A stretch of 64,000 nt of DNA. Origin: Ophelia neglecta. Taxonomy: Eukaryota. Positions 14,501-24,451 of the stretch are shown here, one piece after another. Below the pieces are notes generated by a model. That model searched no databases, was not told the DNA's origin, and saw nothing but the letters and a program-made list of their open reading frames with translations. The stretch spans positions 75,702,001 through 75,766,000 of the forward strand of contig OZ260662.1 in the NCBI GenBank assembly GCA_965285935.1, read 5' to 3'. The position numbers and the translations under genes are program-made. Every line of letters begins with the position of its first letter. The first letter of the stretch is position 1.

Positions 14501-17500
14501 GGAAAAAACTTTGAATTGAATTAGTTTCTTTGATCTTTAAGGTTAAAATGCACAGATTAATTTATATACATATTGAGGCCAGGACGCCAGAAAAGCTCTA
14601 GACTGTGTCGCTGTACTGACCACGATATGCAGGTGACAATAAGGGGCCGACCATTTGATAATGTAGGGGGGGGGGGGGTGAGAAATGTTTTTTTCAAAAC
14701 ATTTTTGTTGCCTCCTCCAAAACAACCTTTTTTTCCTCATAAATCCCCTGCAAATTTTTTTTTTCTGTAAGGTCATTTATGATACTTTTTTTGGATTTTT
14801 TTCACAATGTGCAAGACAAACATTTTTTTTCTCAAGTAACGTTAGTGGACAAACAGTTTTATTGGCCAAAGTTGGTCAACAAACTTTTTTATTCTTAATT
14901 TTTCTCATCCCCCCTCCCCCTCCCCCCCCCCCCCCACCCCCTACACAATCAAATGGTCGGCCCCTAATAGACAGATCAGTTAGCATAGGCATAAATTAGG
15001 ATTGGGCTATTATTAAATGACCTAAGTGGGCAGGTGGCCTTATTAAACAGGTTACCACGCACACAGGTTTCACTGTATATAGGCCTGTAAGACTCCTGTA
15101 ATAATGATTTTATATGCAGGCAAAAGCACTGCGACTTTGTATTAGTCAGGTGGATGGCAATATGGCAACCTGTTATAAGTTCATGTTCTATACTTACTGT
15201 TGAAAACTTATCTTTGTTATTTTATCGGTAAACGTGAACACCAAAGTTGATGAAATATGTAGAAATCAGCATTAATTGCGTGGGTTTTTTTTCTTGGCAG
15301 AACATGCATCATCACTATCAGTCATTGGGAGGCTGGTCGTGGGCGTTTAAACCTTACCACGACGAGAATCTAACTCATTACCTTGACAGTGATAACGTGC
15401 CCTCCCTCACCTATCTCATTGACCCATACGGTACATATCTGACTCATTTTGGACCGATCTTAATAGTATCCAATTTCCCCCTGTTCAAATAGCGGCTATA
15501 TGCCAACCAATCGATCTTTATTTTGAAGATATTTACCTTAAATTAAGTCTATTACGGAGGCCTACACCCGAAAACCACTTATATAAAACACTCTATTGTT
15601 ATTCGACAGAGATGGCTCAAAATTTGACAATGCCAAAACTTATAGTCAAGTCGTCGATGGATGAATTCTTTGCTTTGGACGACTTTCAACACTTTGTGGA
15701 TGATTTTGGTAGCGGTCAGCAGTTTCTATGGTATAGATCTATATTTCTGTGCATTTCTTCACGCGGAAGGACAAAACCTAAAATATTACGTCACGCATTT
15801 TGAAATTTTAAATTAATTAAGCATACACATGGCATGAAAGTATTTGTTTCATTCTAGGGTTATTGACAACAGCAATCACCCAATGCTCGGAGCCTGGGAT
15901 CGACTGGCCCGTAATATTGCAGCCTTTTTTCTAACCATACACAGAGTGGGTGGATTATCATGGATTTAAAAAAAACATGTTTATTTAACTAATTGACGTC
16001 AATTCGTTAGTCTACGCAGTCTATATAGGTCTGCGGTGATAGATTAATTAGAAAGCTTCCAATGTAACATTGAGAAATGTCCAAATAAGTCGGTGGTTTT
16101 AAAAGCGATAGGCCTATTAATGTTTTGCTATTCTATCAGGGTTTGGATTGGCCAGACTTCTCGTACACAATGGAGTCGGTGAGTTCACAATAGTGATCAC
16201 TTTATTGAAAAAATGCTTGAATGGCTATGGACTTGTCTCGATGTAATATTAGGCCTATCTTTTGATTTATTTATTTGGAAGATGTATTTGTTTGTGTCCG
16301 TGTTCGACTAATGACAAAAAAAATACCGTTAAACATGCCACTGAGCAGGTGGAGCTGTGCAAATACAATATTCACCTTCCAACTATGTGTATATAATAGT
16401 ATATTCATCATTAAAATTGTATAGAAATTTGGTTGCAAATCGGGAACGACAAATAGCTTTGTATCTAGAATTAGGAACATGTCTGATTTGATGTGTTCCC
16501 AGGTCTCGTATGTTATTCGTGTTATGATATATGTCATCCAGTCTTCGAACCCAACACTTTGTTAACCAGACACCATTTTACAAAAATAATGTAAACAAAA
16601 CTAAATTTTCCTTGTAAGTTTGATAAATACTTATAACAAACATATATGCATATCTTAAATTATTTTTAAATCATTAGAGTTGAATGATTTATTAGCAATT
16701 AATATGTTTTAAAGAATGAGGAGACTGCTTCTGTCACCGTGAGGTGCGGAGAGAAACCGCTGAATGTGACCGCCTGGTATGCACCAACACCCGGGTCTGA
16801 ACGGTCAGTATACGCTCCCCAGATAATGGCTATACTACTCTGACCACAGAGAATGATTATACTACACTCTTTCCAAATACAGGTATACTACTCATTAACC
16901 GGATGCTCGGTATAATACTATGTCCACTGATGATTGGTAGACATTAGGCAGATGGTTTATTTTTTTAATATTAACAAAAAATCATTGTGATTTGTATTTT
17001 GATATATCAGTGTAAACACAAAACATCATGAGATTGATGGTTTCTTTTTTAATATTATTAAAAAACACCATAATCCTTTATCATTTGACGGTATTACAAC
17101 ATCTGCCTCCTAACATTTCTGTTTCTACAATTCATTCAATACTACTTAAATCATATTAGGGAGGCGTTGGGTTAAATAAAAAGATGAAATAAAATTTATT
17201 ATTTACGTTCTAGATGAAATGTCCATACTCGTTATTGCCTCTGATAAAATAGGAGTTTACATGCTTGTACTACTTATATTAATTTGTGTCACAATTTCAA
17301 CTACTTTTATTTTACTTTAGGCATCCATAGGTGTACTTTAGATATGTTTAAATACAAGAGACTTTAGAAGTAAATTAGATATTAGTATATCCTAAAAAAG
17401 AAGACATTCTAGCATTCACGGATTGTTCATATCTTAGTACTTCATAATGAAAAAAGCCATTTCATAGTATTAATGTTGGTAACATTTTATTATTACCTTT

Positions 17501-18107
17501 TGCCGGCCAGCCGTGACTGGAGGTTTCTGATCAGAACCCCGGGAACAGATGACAGGGAAATAAATGACGTGCTGTTTTATCCAGACGAGGTTGAAGATTT
17601 GGTAAAGTAATTTTATAATACAACTTTAATTGTCATTGTCAGGTTATCATTATATAGATTGATGAATGTTCCTTGACAGTCCACTTTACATTTACATGTA
17701 CCACACATGTACTATTAAACCACTTGTTTAAATAATTTCCTTCCTTTTATAGGGAAACTTTGAATACAGAGTAACGTACAATGCTCCAGAATTCGGCTGG
17801 ATTGGCTTTTTCATAACAGTAGGCCTTTTTTCTACATTCATACATATTTAAAAATAAATATCTAATAATTTGATAAAATTGATTTTGTAGTTGTCTACTC
17901 TTTGGGTAAGGTATACACAATCAAATCAACTGACATAATTTTATTTCTGGTGGGTATTGATCTACTTTTTTGTCTGGAATTTAGGTAGAAATTGAAGGAC
18001 CAGAGCCAGGCATCTTCTTTGAATTTTCCTCAGAGGCTAATGTTGTTCCAAACACATTTTTCTATGAAGATTGTGAAGGGGCTGGCTGCGTAGGAACAAT
18101 TAAATAA
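5552..18107 (+). CDS. Secreted PqaA / autocrine proliferation repressor A (AprA)-like alpha/beta-hydrolase, 15 coding exons, 485 aa
   Basis: Exons 5552-5590, 11618-11756, 12150-12264, 12383-12494, 12696-12818, 13717-13809, 13986-14075, 15301-15430, 15610-15730, 15858-15945, 16140-16178, 16715-16803, 17511-17601, 17753-17818, 17985-18107. All introns are GT-AG and the 1458 nt are in frame. Signal peptide MLRSSVFLALVSLAVG. Family motifs PLYDYV, NMSSQCW, WFHYMAIVVPD, QIPNQP, EDSLIAYTW, GASKRGWTT, HHYQSLGGWSWAF, IDPY, DEFF, NSNH, RRDWR and a C-terminal DCEGAGCVGT. Exon 1 is the least certain. Confidence 0.88.
6562..11359 (-). mobile_element. Truncated PIF/Harbinger DNA transposon (5' end plus transposase N-terminus), split by a LINE insertion
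   Basis: 6562-6846 encodes RRLRTWWVRPWL...FNYLRMEPALFDMLLQRVG, typical of the Harbinger transposase N-terminus. A terminal GGCCCCCTTTACAC (minus strand) ends at 11359 next to TTA/TAA. 10875-11340 has the repetitive gatcgc/gatctc subterminal texture. The other TIR was not found. Confidence 0.7.
6965..10867 (-). mobile_element. Non-LTR retrotransposon (LINE): AP-endonuclease, reverse transcriptase and C-terminal CCHC; 5'-truncated, two frameshifts; possibly RTEX-like clade
   Basis: ORF pieces: 10170-10874 (QWNCRG, ILALSEH), 8476-10164 (GDMN, YLDHF, SDHLP, NYRKITLL, LDARKAFDSVW, GLHQG) and 7152-8681 (GLLS, YADD, CPSC..H..C). Frameshifts at about 10172 and in the C6 run 8512-8517. The 3' end has AATAAA (6978-6973) followed by a (TGA)n tail. 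tcatcat occurs at both junctions (6958 and 10868). Confidence 0.93.
14465..15073. mobile_element. Old Tc1/mariner-type MITE split by a younger MITE
   Basis: Ends tagtgaaacctgt (14465) and acaggtttcactg|ta (15073). Related ends occur at about 37760 and about 47913. Confidence 0.45.
14643..14964. mobile_element. PIF/Harbinger (Tourist-like) MITE
   Basis: TIRs ggggccgaccatttgat / atcaaatggtcggcccc, internal poly-G and poly-C, TAA on both flanks. Confidence 0.85.
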
Positions 18108-18176
18108 ATATGAGTGTTATGTTGGGTATTTATGTCACAGATGCAGCAATGACGTGTTTAATCTTACATTGTAAAT

Positions 18177-18389
18177 CTGTAAAACCCTTATATTTCATGG
18201 CCCTTAATGTTTACGCTTTCAGAGCCTAGATCTTAAACATTACACTGCCCTTTTATGCCACATTTAAGGAATGCCTACAATTGGTCCCTGCATTGTTATT
18301 ACTTTCCGTATACCTTTAAATTGCACGGTTTGGGCCCTCCTAGAAAAGTTAGCAAAATAAAGGGCACACAAAATTTAAGGGCTTTACAG
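18177..18389. mobile_element. Tc1/mariner-like MITE just downstream of the AprA-like stop codon
   Basis: ctgtaaaacccttatattt / aaatttaagggctttacag|ta inverted ends, about 210 bp apart. Confidence 0.6.
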
Positions 18390-19012
18390 TATAAGGTATA
18401 TGGGTTTAAAAACAAATAAAATAAGATATATCTCAACTTTATTCAATAAGTTCCTGACTATTTTGATAATCGTCTTTTACAACCAGGAGTTTCATAACAC
18501 CTGTTTAACAAAACATTCGATTCATTAATACAAAACCACGAATGAGCATAATATGATAAATATTGTTACGTAATTTACATAAGAAAAGGCATTAATGACA
18601 GTTCTATCAAGGTAATATAGGCAGCTTAAATATCACATTTATACTGTTAAATGAGCACCATATGAACAGAACTCACAGAAACCATTGGGCAGTTCATCCT
18701 AGCTTAAATATATATATGACATGTTAGAAACAAGCTGCAATACCGGGAGTTATCTTTAATAGCCAAAATTTTAAATTATGATGATCAAACTAACTACTCA
18801 ACTGCTTAGAACTACTATTAACATAAATATATGATGAAACACTTGTAAAATAAGTTATTTGTGAGAAATTGAAAGTAACTATGTGAGACACACTTAGTAT
18901 TGAACTTTCATCATATATAATTCATACCCATTATTGTAAGGAATTTATAACTAATAATCAATAATAGAGCTCTAGAATCTTGTAAAAATGAGTTAATGGT
19001 ACTGGTAGATCA

Positions 19013-19954
19013 CAGGGCCGGCAAAAGTCATGACTTTTTTAAAAAAGTCACGACTTTTTTGATTTTTTTGATTTAAATCAAAAAAATCGATTTAAATCAC
19101 CAATAAAAGTCACAATAATTAAATAAATGTTTTATTACATTTGAACAAGTAATAAATAGTATATGAACCATGCACATCTTATTCATCATATACATGCTTA
19201 TATTTTCAAGTCTTTTCACTCAATGATTATCATATCAAACATTGTCATTTGACTTGATACTTTCAAAATGTCTTCAAATGGCAGCTAAATTTCTCCCACT
19301 CCCGATATGATGTTTCTAAAACTCACAAGAGTAATGCCAATTTTATCACCAACCCAAGTTTATTTAGACACTATGTGTGTTTTTCCTCGATTGTATTTAA
19401 ATCAAGGGTTAATGCATTATTCACCCCTGCACATGGGGGGACACCACTGTCCAACACGTGTGCTATTAGTTATCCCACCTGGCTTCTATGACTTATCACA
19501 GGCTGGCCAATTAGCATGTTATTGTTATGACAATTAATAAGTGGGCTAGATCATTCCCATATCAATGTTCACTTGCTTGACTAGATGAGCCATTGCAGAA
19601 TTCAGGAGATAAGAGATACTGACTTTTCCAATCATGGTGTTTACCAGACTGTTTATTCAAGAACATACTATTCACAATGCAGTCCTGTAAACCTTGATAA
19701 GTTTGTTTTGTTGGCTATGAGTCTGTTACCCAATCAGTCTAGAAGACTTCGTAATTGCATTAATGAATGAGACCCCACTTTCACACTGTAGGCAACCCTA
19801 GTCCCCCAGATCTGTGGTTCGATAATGAAAGGAACTAATTATGATGAAGTTAAATAAAAAGGTCAAAAAAGTCAAATTGTGACTTTTTTGTGGTGATTTA
19901 AATCATGATTTAAATCTTGATTTAAATCACTTGATTTAAATCATGCAGGCCCTG
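19013..19954. mobile_element. Non-autonomous hAT element
   Basis: Ends cagggcc / ggccctg, perfect 8-bp TSD gtagatca (19005-19012 and 19955-19962), repeated subterminal gatttaaatca. The right half is nearly identical to 36540-36873. Confidence 0.88.
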
Positions 19955-20150
19955 GTAGATCATGAACCTTTTATTTAACACAGAATTAAAATCATGTCTG
20001 AATTAAATAAATATAGCATTTATATTTATTTTTATATGCAATTCTGATGCTGCAAATATTTTTTGCCACAGTACATACAAAATAAAGGTTTGATATCTTT
20101 AAACACAATGTATGGCAATTATTAAATAATTGGTAACCTAGTCAAATAAC

Positions 20151-20648
20151 TTAAAACCCTTCATCATCTGCATTGTCCGAATCCCACTCACAACTTTCTA
20201 TGATACCACCCTCAAAGTCCACTTCTGTATCATATATAAAATCTGTGTCTCCTGGCCTCTTCCTGTGAGCTTCAAATGAAGATTCCATTATGGTTTTTTT
20301 GCGCAATAATGTTTCTTCATCACACTTATTCAAGTCCTCATTGGGATCAACTGTGTCAATACCCTTGTTTTTATCCAGACTTTCTTCCAGAGAGAGCCCA
20401 TTAAGTTTATCCCGAATGATGGTTATTAACTTTTGAAGTTGAATGAGAGGCACTTTTTCCAGGTATGGAGAATGGCGTTTATTGGACTTCAACTCTTCGG
20501 CCATTCGTGCCACACCAGAATGCTTGGTGGAGTTCCTAAGTGGCATTGTACGCCTGTGTAACTTGCCTTTTGTCAAATATGTCACAATCAAAGCAGGTGG
20601 CTGAAATCGGACACCACATTTTTTCAAAGTAATCTGACTACTGGACAT
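20151..20648 (-). CDS. CEP19: Centrosomal protein of 19 kDa, single coding exon, 165 aa
   Basis: KKCGVRFQPPALIVTY...GKLHRRTMPLRN...DPNEDLNK...FIYDTEVDF...SCEWD. A splice acceptor at 20675-20676 lies upstream of the ATG at 20648. A probable 5'UTR exon ends at 21583 (GAG|GTAAAT). Confidence 0.92.
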   Translation of the reverse strand: MSSSQITLKKCGVRFQPPALIVTYLTKGKLHRRTMPLRNSTKHSGVARMAEELKSNKRHSPYLEKVPLIQLQKLITIIRDKLNGLSLEESLDKNKGIDTVDPNEDLNKCDEETLLRKKTIMESSFEAHRKRPGDTDFIYDTEVDFEGGIIESCEWDSDNADDEGF

Positions 20649-21469
20649 TTTGTCACATTTGTTGTTGTTCAGTTCTGAAATACAAAACAATTTTTTTGTC
20701 ATTAAGACCAGTTATTGATCATTATTAATTAAAAAAGAACAACTTAATAGATAGTACAATCAAATACTACTGATATCAGTTTAGATCTGCTGTCAATGTT
20801 TTGTTGTCACGAGGGTTTTAGCTAGTCAGGATTCTGTTTCTTCATAAACAGACATCAAAACCCTGCATTTTTATCAACAGTTAAATTTGTCATGGTCATT
20901 TTTGATTTGCATGAATAGGGATATATATATTTATAAAATAAATGCGGCTATTATGCCACATTCAAACATACTTCATTATTCCTAAAATGTAAGAAATTAG
21001 ACTTTCATGATATTGACCTGCAAATATGCATAATAACCCCTTAATTATTTGGATACATAGGCACTGGAAAAACACTAAGGTGATCACTTTGAATTCAGCT
21101 GAAAAAACTGGGTGGGTCTGCGGTCTTTCGAAGAAAATTAGTGAAATGCAAAAGGCTAGTGAGGGTGAAAAACGAATTGGGGAGTGACACAAAAGTTGTA
21201 ATCACTCCCTGAATAAATATGATTCCTAGTTATCATAGTAAACAATAGGATAGGGAATTAAATAACTTAAAATTTCAGAAATACTAAAATAGACAAACAG
21301 CGAAAAAAAATGATTCCTTTACCATAAGCCGTATAATACGGAATTAACAAACTGCTTTACAAGTTAAAACACGTTGTCCAAAAGTTGCGTGTGTACACAG
21401 CTGTTCATTGTATCTGTGTATATTTACTAGTATCATGTTTCACATCCATGTACATGTATTCGAATGCTG

Positions 21470-23175
21470 TTCGTTGCTAGAGAAATGAGCGAAATAAGGA
21501 CACTTGGTAATCTGGCATTCTACAATGCATAAAATGACGTAAATCACCATTCTTAAATATGTTAAAATGCACATATATTTACCTCAATCGCGTGAGTGTC
21601 TGTCCTTGCTGCCTCAGTGGGCTAATTACTGGCCTGGTTTGTTGACTATCGGGCAGCCATCTTGACCCTCTTTCAGTTGCAATGAAAATTCTTTCATGAA
21701 CCAAAACTAAAAGACTACAGATAGGTGGCGCCACAGGTAAAATTTTACAGAAGCGCTTGAACATTTGTCACTGAATCTGCCATTATTTATTACTGGATCA
21801 AATCGCAATAAATAGATATTTTTGTCAACAGTAAATTCCAATAAAATTACGAACTGGCCAAAAAACTAATATATTATATATCTATTATTTAATCATCCGA
21901 TGTATGTACTAGATCTAGACTATATCAATTTCTTTTAGACACACTTGAAGTAATATGGTGTAAATTCTAGATCTAGATCTATGTCTATAGAACTTCTATA
22001 CCACGGGATCTAGACTTATCCACATGCACGCGGAACTTTTGTTGTAAGAGAGCACGAATTTTGTTTTAAAACTGCAACTTTTGTTGGTTTCCCACAAAAT
22101 AATTTTTATTTTTATAGTTAATGCATGGGGGTGGCATTAAGTTTTTGCTATTTCAATTTACTGTCTCGACGTGGATTCATTTCAAAGAAACATATCTAGA
22201 TCTTATATTCTAATATAAGATTTAATAGATAAATCATCTGTGTATGCATTTCCTGCAGGATTAATCTTACAATATAAAGCAGTGGCGGATTTTGGGGGGG
22301 GGGAGCAGGGGGGGCGCCTCCCCCCCCCCCTTTTGCCAAAAGTGGGCCCCCCCTTTTGCGAAAAAAGTGGGCCCGGACCAGGGCCTCTTTCTGGACCTAC
22401 GCAAGGTGGTTTCAGAGGGTTGGGACCGGGGACAATCCAGACATTGGCCTTGTCAACTTTCGAAAATTCGCACCCTCCCCCCCCCCTCCCCTTCCTGAAA
22501 TGCTGGATCCGCCACTGTAAAGTAAGTGCCAATGGCACTATAAATGCTCAAATTATATTTTAATTGTGCTCCATCAACACAAAGGTGCAAAATAGAAATA
22601 TAAACAGTTAAATAGGCCTATATAGGGCCTAAGGCACAAATGACACCCGACAATTAAAAGCTATTAAACTATATATTAGACTAGATCTAGTTCATTTGCT
22701 TTTTGTGTTATATTAGATCTGATTATTTATTGGGTTTTGAATGTACTTTTGCAATATATTTTATGTGGATTTGTCAAATTTTGTCTTGCATAATATTAGG
22801 ATTACAAAAAAGGTCATCTCAGTGTCTTTCACGGCAAACTTTATTGAGGGGCGTAATTTTCGTAACTCTGCAACGTTATAATTACATTTAGAGAATTATC
22901 AAATGTTCCTTTTATAAAACAAGGCGTGAAACTGGCAATAGTCTGACAACTTCTTCTACCTTTGGCCGCCTTTGGTGTTTGTAAAAGCCTACAGTTTCGT
23001 GGCATCGCTAGGAATTGAATTGTTGCAAAAAATCTGGATCGTGAAAGAATTTTGCATGCTCTAGGCATGCGTATAGGCGTCCCGCCATTTTGCCTCTGAA
23101 GAATGGCTGCCATCGATGTCAAGATATGCTAACTTTGGCTAAGGAACTCTGATTTATTTGCTCAGTTGTGAGTGT
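21470..23175. promoter_or_regulatory. Divergent (head-to-head) promoter region for CEP19 and EMSY
   Basis: CpG-richer patches at about 21580-21800 and 22920-23130. YY1-type motifs AAGATGGC (minus, about 21656-21663) and CCGCCATTTT (23082-23091). NRF1-like GCATGCG at about 23065. X-box-like GTTGCTAGAGAAAT at 21473-21486. Non-coding exon donors at 21582 (-) and 23168 (+, GTGAGT). Confidence 0.55.
22280..22517. mobile_element. hAT-like MITE with 5-bp TSD
   Basis: TIR cagtggcggat / atccgccactg, flanked by taaag on both sides, G/C-run interior. Confidence 0.8.
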
Positions 23176-24451
23176 AGTATTTATTTATGGGTGACAAAGT
23201 TTGACGATATCATCAGGGAATCAAATGATATCGTATTTAGACACGTTAAGGGGACTATTTGGGGAAAAATATAGTATTAATGTCGCGACTTGGCACGAGC
23301 GGCTTCTCCTACACTTACTCAACTCTTTTATCTAGCTGGAATGATCGTTTTTTTACCATATCATTATCAGTTTGTTGGTTGTCGCTTTTGCTGTGCTACT
23401 GTACGGCTATGTGGTCATGATACAGGTAACAGAATATGAATTATTTACAAGTAATCAAACAAGTAAGGTAGGATTTAAATCGGGATGTCAACATCCAAAA
23501 GCGACTAGCATTGAGGCTCTCTTTCAATATTTTCATGGTGTGAAAACTCGGTTTTATTACACTAATTAACTTACAATACATGAAAGAAAGACACAGAATG
23601 ATTAAAAAATAAAGTAAATATTAAAGTAAGTTTCCTGGTGCATTAGTACAGTTGCTCGGCTGTCGGGAATCAAACAAATATCCCAATTGAGGGCAAAATT
23701 TTCTGAATATCTCATGTAAATCCATGTAAAGAGACAAACATTTTCATATAATTTTCAAGAATAAGAGCTACTCTGTTCATCTAAGGTAAATAACAAGGCT
23801 GACAACCAACCACAAGAGCTTAATCTGTGGGTTACAGAATCGGAAAGAATAGTTCGGAAGGAAAATGCATTTAATCTTGTATTGGAGCTCTAAGGGTGAC
23901 CTTTCATATTATACACCCATTAGAGATTCATGTTGGAGCTAAATGCATGACATCCAATCTCTACAGTGCAGTGATGAAATTTAAGATAGAAATGGTGCAG
24001 TACAACTATATTCAATAAAGTGGTACATAAATTCCTGCTTTAATTGCTTGTACAACCCCTGGGAGTTATGTATTATATGGTCTCTGCTATTTCTGTAAAG
24101 TAAATAAGGAATAAACTGTATCTTTGAAAAAAGAGCCAGTTTCGTGTTTCATTCAGTCGGGATAATTTAGACACAATCAGAGGCATATTTTATTTTGTTT
24201 TAAAAGAATAAATAAATAGATTAAATAGTTATATTTTGGTTTATTCGGTTCCACCCTGTCCCTGCTGGATGTGACATTGAATATAACTGTTGAATAATTG
24301 ATATTGCTATATGTAGCTTTGTACATTCTATTAAACCTAGTGATACTAGCTGTCATGTGCATCCAATGTTGTTTTTGAAAAATCCCCTTCAAGACAAAGT
24401 CAATAAAAAAAATCGACCGTCTACTATATAAGAATTCTATTTTCAGTGCGT

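Noticed and set aside
19585-19770. Near-identical small ORFs at 19585-19770 and 36497-36715 suggesting a duplicated gene
   Set aside because: Both lie inside copies of the same non-autonomous hAT element.
20649-20702. 18-aa N-terminal extension of CEP19 in the ORF track
   Set aside because: It runs through a clear splice acceptor at 20675-20676. The ATG at 20648 matches the family start.
23096-23125. CTGAAGA-stem-CGAT, and CTGATGA at about 59244, as possible hammerhead ribozyme cores
   Set aside because: The required GAAA strand and stems I and III are missing.
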